Origin: Schmidtea polychroa
Taxonomy: Eukaryota
NCBI GenBank assembly: GCA_044892525.1
Contig: CM097885.1
Span: 24,058,001 to 24,122,000, forward strand
Direction of reading: 5' to 3'
DNA: 64,000 nucleotides
The position numbers and the translations under genes were made by a program. Below the pieces are notes generated by a model, which was given only the letters and a program-made list of their open reading frames with translations, was not told the origin of the DNA and searched no databases. Below, piece after piece: positions 17,813-31,864 of the stretch. The number at the start of each line of letters is the position of its first letter. Positions within the stretch are counted from its first letter, which is position 1.

Positions 17813-20800
17813 TATTACTATTATTATTATTATTATTAATATTATTGTTATTATTACTATTATTATTATTATTTTCAAAATATTATTTAAAACAATAAAG
17901 TGATAATTTAAACCTTTAGCTGTAAATAATGTATTTAATGAAAAAACATTTTCGACTATAAGATAGTCTTTGTCAATCTCCTGGAACTTTGCAATCTTCT
18001 TCCCGAAAATACATTTCTTTCTTTCTTTTATTTCCTTTTTCTTAATTCTCATTGAGAATTAATTCTTATTGAGACCAATTACTGAGTTATTCTAAAATAT
18101 ATTTAAAATTATCTAGAAATATATTTAAAAATTATCTAACAATATATTTAAAATTATCTAACAATATAAATTTTTTCAATGACATTTTTACATGAAAATT
18201 ATGGTCTAAAATTTTCAATTAAGTAAATTAAGGTCTAAAATTTTCAATTTGGAAATTAATGGCTAAATTTTAAATTAAAGTAAATTTAAAAAAGTCTATA
18301 TTTTTTAACTTAAATAAAGTAAGGATAGATAAGCAAATTAAGGTCTAATATTTTCAATTAAATTAAATTAAGGGTCTAAATTTTTATATTGAATTAATCA
18401 AGGATCAAAAATTAAACTAAAGTAAATTAATGATAAATAGGTAAATTGTGGTCGAAAATTTTAAATTAAGTTCTAAATTTTTAAACTTAAGTAAAATATG
18501 GGTTCAAATTAGTAATTTAAGGACCAAATTTTAAAATTAAGTAAATTAAAATAAATAGGTGAATTAAGGTTAAGTTTTAAATTAAAGTAATTTAGTTCAA
18601 AATTTTAAATTAAAGTAAATTAATGTAAAATTTTAAATTAAATTAATAATTTATTGTCAGATATTTTGAATAACTATCATCTGATAAGAAATGAAAATTT
18701 AAAATGAAAACTTTTATAAAATATTTTTCTATGACAATTTTATATAAATATTTTTATGAATAAATTTTAGATGGAAATTATGTAAATTAAGGGATACATT
18801 TTTCAATTAAAGTAATCAATGGTCTATATTTTAAACTTCTATATTTGGTAAACAAGGGCTAAATTAAGTAAATAAAGGGGTAAATTAAAGTAAATTAATG
18901 ATAAATAGGTAAATTAAGGTTTAAAATTTTATACTTGAGTAATCAATGGTCTAGAATTTAATTAAAATTAAAATTTTTAATTTATAGTAATACTTTTAAA
19001 TTAAGTAAATTAAAGTAAAAATTTTAAAATTACAGTAATAATTTATTGTCAGATATTTTAAAAAACTATCAACGATGAGAATTGACAATTTCAGATGCAA
19101 ATCTTTTTGAAATAATTTTCAATGATAAATTTAAATAGATTTTTTATGAAATAATAATAAGAGATATATTTAAAAAAAGTAATTAAATGCTAAAATTTAA
19201 AATTAAGAAAATTAAAGGATGCAATTTTAAATTAAGTAATAAATTTTGAAAGATGATGAGAATTAGTAGTAATAATTAAAGAAAATTATGACTAAGTTAA
19301 TTAGATTTAAAGAACACTACAGTGTTAATTCTAACCATTTTACAATAATATTTTTTATCAAAGTTCATATCTTGATTTAGTTAATTTTAATTGAATGTAA
19401 TGACAAATTCCAGCGTGTTGTCTTCAATTTTAATGAATTATTTTGAAAGATTATTTAGATAAATTTTGGTGTCTATTCATTAGTAATTTTTTTAGAGTTG
19501 ATGGTTTTTGAGAATTTTTATCATTTTCGTAAATTTCATGTGGATTGAATGAATATTTAAAAATTTAAAGTTAGTTCTAAGATAAATTTAATTAATTTCT
19601 TGATAATTGGATGCATTTTTATTGATTGATTTTTAATTTTAAATAAAAATTATTTTTAATGACAGTTAGGTTAATTATCAAGTGATAGGATATGACTTTG
19701 TAATGTAATTGAATTTGACTAAGTAGTTTTTTGTATATTTTCTAAGAATTTCATGTTGATTGATTAAATATTTAAAGTTTTAATGGTGATTTTAATTGAA
19801 TTTCTTGATAATTTGCTAAATTTTAAAAAAAAATTAATTTTTTTAATGACTGTTAGGTTAATAATCAAGTAATAGGTTTAATTTTAGATGACTTTGTATT
19901 GCACTTGACTCAATAATCTTTTCAATACTTTTCTAAGAATATTTTCATTTACACATTGATGAACTTTTAAAAATACATAAGCTAAGAAACCAGTTAACTT
20001 TATCAAGGACTTCAAATTTACTTGAAAATTATTGTAAGATATACTGAAATTTGTGATTTAGTTTGCTATTATGATCAATCAATATATATCATCTCTAGGT
20101 AGGTATTTGATGGGTGAAATATTTGTAGGAAATAATGAGTATATTATGTCTTTGTTATATAAATCGACTTTAGCGTCAAAATGGATTTTTAAAATAAATT
20201 TAAATTTTAAAATACCGCAACGTAATATATATATATATATACATATTTTTCCTACCTTTCCTTGATTTTGATTGGTTAGAATTTGTTCCTGTTTATTATC
20301 TTCAGTCTATAAACAATAATCTATCATTAGTCACATTTTACAAATATTTAACTTTAAAAATGAATTCTCTAATAGAAAACGTTATGAATGTCCGAGAAAA
20401 AAATTCAGAAATTTGGTAAATTTTAATTTATTGATTAATTAAATAATTTATTTAGTTACATAATATTAATGAAGACAATTTGAAATCGAAGATTAAAGGA
20501 AATTTGAAAAGAAAAAGTAAACATAATTTTTAATTTATTGATTTAATTAATTGATAATTTAGGTAATACGAATGAAGAGAAAAATTATGTCAATAAATCG
20601 AAATAAAAATTTACAATGTAAGTATTGATTCCTTTTTATAATTTAAAGGAAATTTAATATAATTTTTTATTTAAGTAAATGTTAATAATTTTAATTTAGT
20701 AAATTTTTATTTTTTAGTAAATTAAATTTTGAAAATATTCATTGTAATAAATAATAATGATTTGCAAATTTTTGCGTAAACATTTATTAAAATATATCAT

Positions 20801-20927
20801 TTAAATTATAATATTTTTTTATTAAATTTTTATTTTATAGGTATACTTTACCCGAATTGAAATATCTTTTATTAAATAAAATTCATGGAATTATTTAGTG
20901 ATTTAAAAACGGATGAGAATCCTAATA

Positions 20928-22010
20928 TGGTGGCAGCGGTAAACACCGACGCGATTACCGAAAGATTATTGCCAAAAGTGTTCTATCAAGGTGATGACTT
21001 GGAAAAATTCATCAGAAGATCCGAGATCTATTTCGATGCTAAAGGCATCAATAAAAAAGAACAAGAAAGATTGACCGTATGAGTAAGTTTTATGATCAAG
21101 AAATTTTTAAATTGAAAATTTTAAAAATTAATTTTTAGATTAATTTTTAAAAAAATAATAAAAAGATATTTTAATTAAAAATATCTTCGTAGAAAATTTG
21201 TTAAAATAAGAAAGTTTAAAGAAGAGATAATTGGATTCTGATATTTACTGAAATAAAATTTATGGAAAAAAAACTGATTTTAATGTTTTACAGGATGAAC
21301 ATCCTAATATGGTGGCAGCGGTAAACACTGACGCAATCACCGAAAGATTGCTACCAAATTTATTTCGACGCCAAGGGAATCACGCAGAAGAAAGATCAGG
21401 AAAGATTAACATCTTGCATGATTGATGAGGATCTCCTGGAAGTGTATGCCAAAACACTGAAAAAAGCCGAAGGATTCCAGGCTAGGTTGCGATTGGCATT
21501 CGATCGCGAAAGAGATGTTTTAAAGGATCTACAAAACTTGTTGAATTACAAGCGGATAGGTGAAGAAATAGAAACGTATTTTAAAATGGTGGAGGACCTT
21601 GTTGATAGGTTGTTTGAAAATAAAGAATTTACCAAAGAGAAATTAACAGCAAGGATGTTAATAGTATGTGCGGAGAATAAAGAAGTTGAGAAAGAAGTGA
21701 TACTACGGAAAATAAAAAGCACAGAAGAAATAAAGGAAACACTAATTCTGATGGACAAAGTAGACCAGCAAAGAGATCAGATAAACAGTATGAAAAATTA
21801 CGCCAGAGTGGTCTATAAAATTAGGAAAAAATATGGAAAGTTTATTGAATTATAAAAGAAGAGGCGAAGAGATTGAAATATATTTTTAAAAAGTGGAGGA
21901 CCTTGTTGACAGGTTGTTTGAGAATAAAGAATTCACCAAAGAGAAAATAACAGCAAAGATGTTGATAGTATGTGCTGAGAATAAATAAGTTGAGAAAGAA
22001 GTAATATTGC
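20928..22010 (+). pseudogene. Ty3/Gypsy gag fragments (tandem, degenerate) starting at a tRNA-Leu PBS
   Basis: TGGTGGCAGCGGT at 20928 and 21310 is complementary to the tRNA-Leu 3' end; followed by LPKVF..GDDLEKFI..CEIYF gag-like peptide; stops and deletions. Confidence 0.6.
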
Positions 22011-22259
22011 GGAATAATATCGCAATATTAGACAATTAACCGAAAATTATGTATAAAAACATTCACATTTGGATATTATACTAATATATTATTTTTATAT
22101 TATATTATTTTTTTATAAAGTTTCTATAATTAGCTTAGCAAATATTTAGCTAGAATCAACGAAATCAAGAAACCTTATTTGAATAACCATCCAAAAGAAT
22201 TGATTTAATAGGTACAAAGACAATCTTTCATGACAGCAGAAGCACATTATTCCCTGTGA

Positions 22260-23230
22260 TTAGACAAAAGGATCAAACAATGAAACACTGGATAGAAACA
22301 TTACATTGAACAAAAAATCGGTAACCGACCTCACAAATTGTCTATCTGAAGGTGCAAAAGGATTACTTTCACTAGGACCAAAGTTCAGTATAAACAGAAA
22401 AATAGATGAAGCAGCCATCCTCAATTTCAAAACAGCTTTTTGTCGCATTGCGTACCAGATCAAATGGAACAATACAATACCTCATGAAAATGAAAATAGC
22501 GAAGAAAAGCTCCCAGTATACATAAACGCAGATAAACTCTATCAACTAAATCCTGATGCAGAATTAGATTCAACACTCTCAAAGGTCTGTCACAAAATTA
22601 TGGAGATAGTTGAGAAGGAAAAAAGAAAACCATAACTCTCAAACCTATCGAAAGATGAACAAGCAATATTAAAATCCCTCGAAAAGAAACCATACGTTTA
22701 CTTACCAAGTGACAAGGGGGAGAATTTTGCATTATAGAGAAGAATCGGTACTTTGAAGCTGGTTACGAACACCTCGGCAATATCGAAACATACAAGAAAG
22801 TCAGCCGCATGTCACCAAACAATATCGAAATGAAGATCAACAAAGTATGGAAAGCCATAGCTTTGGAAATGAAGCTCAACAACAGAATAACCAACAGCTT
22901 CGTCACAAAAAATTCTGATCTTCCAAACTTCTACCACCTAATTAAAACTCACAAAGAGGATTCCGTTATCAAAAATAGGCCTATAGTGTTCAACAAAAAT
23001 GGACCAACAACTAAAACAAGTTGGCTCCTTGCAAAGATCTTGAAACCTTTATTGGACCACACCATCTTTAAAGCAGCGACTGCCTCATGACAAGATTAAA
23101 TAATAACAAAACTTCTCATAGAGAATTCAAATACCCATTCAGTCTTGATGTCTTATCACTATACACATCTATCGAACCAAAAGAGGCTATTCAATGTTTA
23201 AAAAAGAAATTAAGAGAAAGAGCAATTTCG
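22260..23230 (+). pseudogene. Penelope-like element reverse transcriptase fragment
   Basis: LLSLGPKF, YLPSDKG, FYHLIKTHK..RPIV, FSLDVLSLYTSI spread over disrupted frames. Confidence 0.85.
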
Positions 23231-23254
23231 ATTGATTTAGTTTGAATTTTAATT

Positions 23255-23295
23255 CTACCTGAAGACCACAGTGATTTTGTCGAAATATATTGTAG
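23255..23295 (+). ncRNA. Minimal type-I hammerhead ribozyme motif (Penelope pLTR)
   Basis: CTAC-CTGAAGA-cc-ACAG-tgatt-TTGT-c-GAA-ATATAT-T-GTAG: stem I CTAC/GTAG, core boxes, palindromic stem III. Confidence 0.65.
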
Positions 23296-23563
23296 TAAAA
23301 TATATATATATTAGATTTAGTGCTTTTCGTTATATCTAAATCAATGCCATTAAATAGTGATTGTTATAATAAATTTGAAAGTGACACTTTGTTTTTTTTC
23401 TATTACTCAATAGAAGCTCTTTGGAATTGATGAAGAGATGTAGAATGTTAATGAAAGAATAACTATCAATGATTAAATTGGATATATGTGATAAAAATTA
23501 TGAATTTAGTCTATTTCTGTTCTTGCTTAGAAGATGTTCAGATGTTGATTTTGAATTTCAATT

Positions 23564-23604
23564 CTTCCTGAAGATCACAGTGATTCTGTCGAAATATATT
23601 GTAG
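23564..23604 (+). ncRNA. Second minimal hammerhead motif, 309 bp downstream
   Basis: CTTC-CTGAAGA-tc-ACAG-tgatt-CTGT-c-GAA-ATATAT-T-GTAG. Confidence 0.55.
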
Positions 23605-24070
23605 TAAAAAATACATAAATACAAGGAGCCCAAAAATTATTTGACGATTATAGAAGAGTTAGTTGATAAAATATTGGGACATGAATTAAACAAGGAAATA
23701 TTAATAAATACTTGGAATTGTGACCTTATCTTTTGAATCTGATTAAAAACGATAATTTACAAGATGTTCTAGGAAATTCGAAAACGGTGACCAAATATAT
23801 GATTTCTTTATAAAGAAGCTATTTCAGAACGATTACCATAAAGGATATGGTGTAGAGATATTCATTATAGAATGTGTTAATTATGAGGAAGAGAAAAGAT
23901 TCTCAATGTTTTATCCAAAAATATTTTAAAAAAAGATTGAAATTAGTTTAAATAAAAAACTAAAGAAAAGATAAGTTTTTAGTGCTTAATTTATAAAATG
24001 AAATTTATGGAGTTATCTAATAATTTGCAAACCAATATTAATGTTTTAACGAATGAGAATCCTTATATAG

Positions 24071-26038
24071 CAACGGTGGGCAAATGCGGCTCTTCGTTGA
24101 GTAAACTGCGGCTCATTGATAATTGAATTCTTGATAATCGAATTCGATTTTTTATTTTGAAATTTTTCACTAAATGTTTTGAGAAAAAATTTTTTGTTGC
24201 AATTGTTGTTTCATAAATGTCAAAAAATAACGAAACATAGTTTTTCACATTTTACTGCTTTTTAAAATTATTTTGTAGTAGGCGGCGCTTTGTTATAACA
24301 ACGAGAGAGAAGCATCAAAAATAAATTTAGTGAATTTTGATTGGTTATTATTTTGTTTGTACAAGATTGCGGTCGTTTGTATATTTTAGTATAGTTTTCT
24401 ATTCGTGTTTTTTGAAAAATTTGGTAAGAAGATTTTTTTATGAAGCATTTTAAAATTTTAAACTAACTAAATTAAATTAATGTCTTTTTATTATTTTGTT
24501 TAAATTTCAGCCATATAGTTATTTAAATTTATTATTATAATGACATCAGAAAACATCAAAAAACGAAAATACAGACAAGAAAATAGAACTTCTCAAGAAG
24601 AATGGACAGAAAAGTTTTTTTTATTGACAATAATGGTAAATCGTTGTGTCTTATTTGTAAAGGTACAATTTCCAACTACAAAGTAACCAATTTACGTCGA
24701 CACTATGAAGTAAGTCATCCACACTTATCAATTCAATATCCACTCAATTCAAACTTGCGGACAGAAAAACTTAAGTCATTGCAATCAGGGCTTCAAGCCC
24801 AACAAGGACTATTATCTACTTTTAGTCGAGAAGATGACAGTGCCAACGAAGCTAGTTTTTTGATAGCTTGGAATATAGCTCGTGCTAAACGTCCATATGG
24901 AGAAGGTGAATTTATTCAGAGAAACTTGGAAGAAGTGATTAAAGTTTTGGATCCGGACAACTCAAAACTACATAAATTGATCTCACGTATTCCTATTTCA
25001 CGTCGTACAACTGAGCGTCGAATTGGCCAAATTAGCGAAAATGTTGAAAATAATTTGATGTGTGATTTAAAAAATTGTACAGCATTCAGTTTAGCTCTCG
25101 ACGAGTCTACTGACATTCAGGATGTTCCACAATTAGCCGTTTTTGTCCGCTTTGTATCTTCTGACGTAAAAGTGAAGGAAGAAATGTTAGACCTAGTAGC
25201 TCTTCTCGAAACAACTCGCGGTATCGATGTCAAAATTTAGTTTTGAAGCTAAACTTCGGCTTTTTGTGAACGATCTTAGGTCGAAAATATTTAATCATTT
25301 TCCACGAATAAAAGCTAATATAATTGATATTACAGAAGAAAAAGTAAACGAATACAGTGAAAAATTGGAAGAATTGCAAGAATTGCAAGCGGATTTCAAA
25401 TGTAGGTTTGAAGATTTGAAAAGTTATAAATCTACATTTGCATTTTTTGTGAACCCATTTATTTGTGATATTATTGAAGATGGATTTCCAATTTCTGAAG
25501 TAATACTTGTTAAAAAAGCGGTTGGGGAATTGGAGTTATTAGATATGAAAGAGGACCAGGCTTTGCAAATGCACCATAAATCTACTTCTATAGTTGAATT
25601 TTGGAAACTCGTACCAGAGGCAAAATATCCACACTTAAAACAAGCTGCTTGCCGTCTAATTTCAATTTTTGGTACAACATATTGTTGTGAATCTTTGTAC
25701 TCCACAATGAAGTTCGTAAAGTCGAAATATCGTTCACAGTTGACCTATCAGCATCTTACAGAATTGCTGCGAACAGCTTTAACAAAGTATACACCAAATT
25801 TCAAAGATTTGACCAAAAGTCTTCGTTAATTCAAGAAATTTTATTACTTTTTATTAATGGATTTTTATGTTTGTTACTTAATGTTTGAAATAATTATTTT
25901 GTTTTTTTTAATAGCGTTTAAGTCTCTTTAATCAATTTAATGAAATAAAAAAAATATGTACTTTACTATGGTGGCTCTATGGTAAAAAATAAATTTTCGG
26001 AAAATGGCTCTTATTGAACCCATGCGTGCCCACCCTTG
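24071..26038 (+). mobile_element. hAT transposon, Buster/SPIN/Charlie (GTF2IRD2-like) type, internally deleted
   Basis: TIRs CAACGGTGGGCA / TGCCCACCCTTG; 8-bp TSD TTATATAG (24063-24070, 26039-26046) with central TA. Confidence 0.93.
24540..25829 (+). pseudogene. hAT transposase pseudogene
   Basis: MTSENIKKRKY..W start frameshifted in a T-run; BED finger CLICK..NLRRHY..H; FSLALDESTD; jumps from TTRGIDVK to the C-terminal FGTTYCCESLYSTMK dimerisation region, so the catalytic middle is missing; possible 5'UTR intron 24424-24510. Confidence 0.88.
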
Positions 26039-26224
26039 TTATATAGTGTCAGCAGTTTACACCGATAAGATCACCAAAAGATTGTTGCCAAAGGTCGTTT
26101 GTTAAATTGATGACTCGGAGAAGTTCATTAGAAGATGCGAGATTTATTTCGATGATAAAGGTATAAAAAAGAAATAAAATGAACAGAAAAGATTCTCTGC
26201 ATGCATGATTGACGAGGATCAATT

Positions 26225-26650
26225 GGAGAAGAAAAAGAAGAAGCAATATTTCTATCTTAATATCCCATTCATCAGTGACTTACTGGATTTCGAGATCTTT
26301 AAAGAACTTAAACGCATCGGTCGTTCGATTCAGATAGCACATAAATCTTGGACATTGAGTAAAACTCTGGCAAACAACACAAATAAAGAAAACAATTGCA
26401 CAATGGAAAACTGCCAGACACCGAAAGATATGTGCTTTAGAAAAAAACTATGTTTATTGCATCACGTGCAATTTATGCAAGGAAATATACATTGTAAGTA
26501 CACTCAGGACCTTGCACCAAAGAGTTAAAGAACATCTAGATCCTGGTGGGAAATCTTCGGTGAACATACATCTCCAACATTGTCAACCAAAAAAAGAAAG
26601 AAAAAATATTTCAATCAAAATCGTAGCCAATGGAAACAATCAAAAAAAGT
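26225..26650 (+). pseudogene. Penelope GIY-YIG endonuclease fragment
   Basis: YLNIPFISD...CTMENCQT..MC, then in a shifted frame VYCITCNLCKEIYIVSTLRTLHQRVKEHL. Confidence 0.8.
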
Positions 26651-26937
26651 GCTGGAACCTGACATTGTCGTCTGAATGAAAGACTTAATAATCATAAGAG
26701 ATATTATGAGGAAGTTTTATGATGAAGAAATTTTTAAATATAAAATTTTAAAAATAAAATTTTAGATTAATTTTTAAAAAAATAATAAAAAGATATTTTA
26801 ATTAAAAATATCTTCGTAGAAAATTTGTTTAAATAAGAAAGTTTAAAGAAGATATAATTTGATACTGATATTTACTGAAATAAAATTTATGGAAACAAAC
26901 ACTGATTTTAATGTTTTACAGGATGAACATCCTAATA

Positions 26938-27210
26938 TGGTGGCAGCGGTAAACACTGACGCAATCACCGAAAGATTGCTACCAAAGGTATTCTGCCAAG
27001 GTGACGACTTGGAAAAGTTCATTAAAAGATGCGAAATTTATTTCGACGCCAAGGGAATCACGCAGAAGAAAGATCATGAAAGATTAACATCTTGCATGAT
27101 TGATGAGGATCTCCTGGAAGTGTACGCCAAAACACTGAAAAAAGCCGAAGGATTCCAGGCTAGGTTGCGATTGGCATTCGATCGCGAAACAGATGTTTTA
27201 AAGGATCTAC
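26938..27210 (+). pseudogene. Gypsy PBS and gag N-terminal fragment
   Basis: Paralog of 21310-21530. Confidence 0.6.
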
Positions 27211-28488
27211 TTTGTTTTTGCACATTTTTCTTTAATTAATATCTCAATTACTCCACAATGACCTTCCTGATAAATATTCGTTATTTCAAACATCAATGGT
27301 TATTTTACATCATAACCCGAATAGAATTTCATTAAACTCTGTTACAAAAATATTTTCCTTCCATTTCTGGTATTTTCTGTTATATTCTCTTTGTCATTCA
27401 ATGTAAAACATTCAGAACTGAACTCGAAATCTTTTCTGAATCAAAACATTTATTTGGTTTTTGGATTAGTTTATATATTATATAATTTAGATAAATTTAA
27501 ACAAATTAATTATTAACTTAAATGATATTCAAATTTATAATATTTTCCAAAAAAATATATAAAATTTATAAAGTTTAAAAATAAATTGTAAAAAATATTT
27601 TATTCTTTTGAAATATTTGGTCGCAAATATCAGAATATGACAAATTTTGTTTTTTTAAAATATATTTTTATACTAAATTCACTTTTTCTTATTTATAATA
27701 CAACACCAATTATATCTAAATTACTAATAAATTATTTTTTAAACGCTTTATTAAACTTAATACTAAATATGTATTTAATAATTTATAGCATAAGCAAAAT
27801 AAATAATTTTAAATGACTATTAAAATAAAAATAATAATATTTTACAATTTAAAAATTATTATTTATTTTAAATAATATTTAATTTTATTGATATATATTT
27901 TAAATAAATTATCATTTTAAAATTCTTTGACTTAAACGAAGAGTGTTCATTAAAAATATTTTTTTACAAAGTTTATTTCAATACAAATTTAATAAATTAT
28001 TTTAAAATCTTTATATATTTCAAATTTTAAAAATATTGAAAAATATATTGTTCGATTTTAAAAATTTATATATAATTTTTTTCTGATTTCAGGTGTCTTT
28101 AAAAAAATTAACAATTACAACTTTCAACAAGTTATATGAAAAATTGTATTTTAAAATACGGAAATGTTTAAACATGCTTTACACAAACTTTAATTTAAAG
28201 CTTCACAAACTCGTTAAATATTAAATTGTATTCTCAAGTTATAAAAATTTATCTAATTCCCCAAAATATTAATTTCAAATTTTCATTACAATAACCTATA
28301 AACGGCATTCATTGGCTTTCCTAATTTATATTTTAAAATATTTATATTAAATAAAAAAGAAAATAAGTCAATTAAATACACATGATTAATCGTTTAAAAT
28401 TTCTGTTAATATTAAAATTAATAAAAAGCGCAATTGACTGGATTTTATTTAATGTCCATTTAGTCATTATCAATTGCGCTTTGGTTTA

Positions 28489-29339
28489 CACCAAACACCA
28501 CTGAGAACCGTTTCCTATAATATAACAAAAAAATCAATAATCTTACATTATAGAAACATACATACTTACTTTGATTTCACGCTGATGTTCTAAAGTGGAA
28601 GGAAAATTAAAAACTGCACACAAACGCAACACATACTAAAAAGCACATACAAATTTTTGATTCGTATAAATGTAACGATGAGATACGTTTCTATAATAAA
28701 CTTTATTTTTGACAATTTTTAGAAAAAAAAGATCGTTGAAAATTTTTAAAATTATATTTTTAATGAAAATATTAAGAGCAGATGAATTTGGTTCAATATC
28801 ATTTCAATCCAGATTTGATTTCCTGAAAGAAGCTCCTCATATTGAGCTCAGAAAAAAAATTACAAAAATTATTTTAATCATCGATTTTCCCCAAAATGTT
28901 TTAAAAAAATAAATATTTTAGGTGATTGATTTATTTATTTCATTAACTATAATTAAAAATATATCGGACTCACATTTTTTTTGAAATAATTCTAAAATAA
29001 ATAGAGCTAAATATCATAAAATTCCTAGAAACCCTGAAAATTAATTAAAATAATATATAATTATACTGTTGATTAAAAGTAATATTTAAGAACTTGAATA
29101 ATGATCTCATATCTCATATGGATCAGAATTCAAGTCTTAAAATTTACTTTAAATAAAAAAAATTACTTGAAAGCCATTTGTAAAATGGCTAAAATAAATT
29201 TCCAAAATATATAAATGAGACATGATAAATTGACAAAGATGATTTACAATTACAACCAATTACAATTGGTAAATAAATTGGTGAGTGAATTTACACGCCA
29301 ACCACCACTATAGAGAACGTATCTCAGTGGTGTTTGGTG
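28489..29339. mobile_element. Non-autonomous TIR element (MITE) with TA flanks
   Basis: TA|CACCAAACACCACTGAGAaccGTTTcCTATA ... TATAGagAACGtaTCTCAGTGGTGTTTGGTG|TA, ~31-bp imperfect TIRs; no coding capacity. Confidence 0.6.
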
Positions 29340-30116
29340 TATATGTGCTGTATTTGTGTGTTAATTTTATTTTTCTACCACTTTCTCACCTTCTATATAA
29401 AAGATTTTATTCATTAAAACATTAAAATTTAAAGCGCAGGTAAGTTTGTGTGTTTCCATAATACAGTCAGTCTATTGAATTTCTTTGTATAATATAACTT
29501 CTTATATATTGAAAGTAAATAAAAGAAAGAATTTTAAATTTATTATGACAAAGTTTGAATAATTGCAAGCTGTTGAGAAATGAAATTTTTTATGAAATAA
29601 TTTTGTAAGATAATTTTAAATAGAAAGTTTTATGAAATAATTTTCAAAGGCAAAATTTAATACAAATTTTTATTAAATTAATTTCAAAGATCGATTTCAA
29701 TTAATTTCTTCTACTAAAAATATTAGTAAACAAGGGTTATATTTGGTAAATAAGTAAATGAAGGGCTAAATTTTAAAAACTAGTAATAAACTTTGAAAGA
29801 TAATGAGAATAATTTAATTTTAAGTAAATTAAGAGTCTAAAAATTGATCAAATTAAATTATGGGCTTTTATTTTTAAAAAAAGTAATCATTGTTCAAAGA
29901 TTTTAAAAATTTAAGTAATATTTTTAAATTAAGTAAAATAAATAAAAATTTTAAATTAAAGTAAATTTTTAAATAAGTTAATTAAAGTAATAATTTTAAT
30001 TTTATAATCAAAAAGTTTGAATGATAGGCAGCTTTTGAGAAATGAAAATCTTTAATGAAAGTTTTTATGAAATAATTTTTAAAGAAAATTTAGATGCAAA
30101 TTTCGCAAGTAATAAT

Positions 30117-30149
<33 letters not shown>

Positions 30150-30706
30150 TCAATCAAATACTTAACAACTAAAGACTTTATTAACAACACATAAAAAATA
30201 ACTATAATAATAAATAAAAATTAACAAGACAGTGATAAAGATACAAAATTTATTCATCATCATATATTTGCTTATAAGAAGCTTTTCCTAATTCAGGAAG
30301 AAGAATATTTCTTAAATTCTTGTCAAAATCTAAAATTCAACCAGATACCTACAACCAAAATACTAACAAATATGTACTATCTAGGTATTATTTACATTCA
30401 GATAATAAATACCAACTATCAGCTGCTAAGGATTTTTAACTAGGTACTAACAAATAAGTACCAAATACTTACAACTAAGAACTTACAACCAGATAGCTGC
30501 TACCATGTATTAACAACCAACAAACAACTAGCTACTAACAGATTAGTTTCAAAGATTATTTACTAACAATCAACAACAACCAACTAACTAGGTACCAGAT
30601 ACCAAATACTAAGTAACTCTCAAACAACCAGATACTAAAGACTTACAACCAGGTATTTACAATCAACTAAATATTCTTCATTGTATTTTATCAAATTGTA
30701 TTTTAT
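29208..30706 (+). repeat. ~1.5-kb host repeat unit containing the empty Polinton target; tandemly repeated
   Basis: The unit restarts at ~30707 (and ~888), where the Polinton is inserted; its 3' part matches 15749-17005 and 1-875. Confidence 0.85.
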
Positions 30707-30938
30707 ATAAATGAGACATGATAAATTGACAAAGATGATTTACAATTACAACCAATTACAATTGGTAAATAAATTGGTGAGTGAATTTACACGCCAACCA
30801 CCACTATAGAGAACGTATCTCAGTGGTGTTTGGTGTATATGTGATGTATTTGTGTGTTAATTTTATTTTTCTACCACTTTCTCACCTTCTATATAAATGA
30901 TTTTATTCATTAAAACATTAAAATTTAAAGCGCAGGTA

Positions 30939-31864
30939 AGTAGTGTGGTTATATACCCAACCAAAACAGCCCCCTAACAAAAACATGCCTCCAAATCACT
31001 TAAGCTATTAGAAAAACAACCTAAAACTTATACTTTTATAGTATTTTAACCCTATATTTTGAAAACAACCACCCTTAATGACTCTAACTGTTTTAATCTT
31101 TAAAGCCTCAAACTCAAAAGCTTCAAACTAAAAAGAGAATAGAAAAGAAAATGGCATTATGAAAAAGTTAGAGGGCTATTTGATCTTAATCAGATTATTG
31201 ATTTTAAATTATATAAATTAAAAAATAAATGAAAAATAGTAAAACTGCTCTGAGGGGACAGTGGTATTTTTTTTTTCACTGTCCCCTCAACAGTTTTTTT
31301 TGATCCGGATCATTTTTTTTATTTATCAACCTCTTTCGTTTATCGAATCTCTTCCAATATACAAGCTGGCCAGACTCATACATCATTATCAATCCGATAA
31401 TAGCAGCACACCTTATTATTCGCTTCTCGCTCGAATACGATTTCATCGGCGTTTTAAGTGTGCTGCTCGAAAGTACAAATGAATTCGAAAGCTAATTCGA
31501 AAGAGGTCCGAAAACAACTGAGAAATAAATGTGCACATTAAAGAATCGATCCGGGGGTGTTCGAAAGACAGGTGGCGATAATTACCGGTTCGCCACCATC
31601 ACCCGTTTCAATATTTTTTTTTTCATATTTATGTTTAAAAAATAATTAATTAATAAAAAAATAAAATAAAATAAAATATACAAGTACTTTATAAATATAA
31701 GATACCCACACTATTTTCAATATTATTTTCAAATTTTTAATATTATTTTATGTTGAAAAAAAAACTAACCTCAGATGTGATTTGAACCGCTAGCATTTTG
31801 AACCACTGTGTCAGTCTAGCCCACTGCGCCATCAAGGTTTGGATTTTTTGTCATTTTTTTAAAT
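30939..31864 (+). repeat. Left TIR of Polinton copy 2
   Basis: Near-identical to 1120-2063. Confidence 0.93.
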
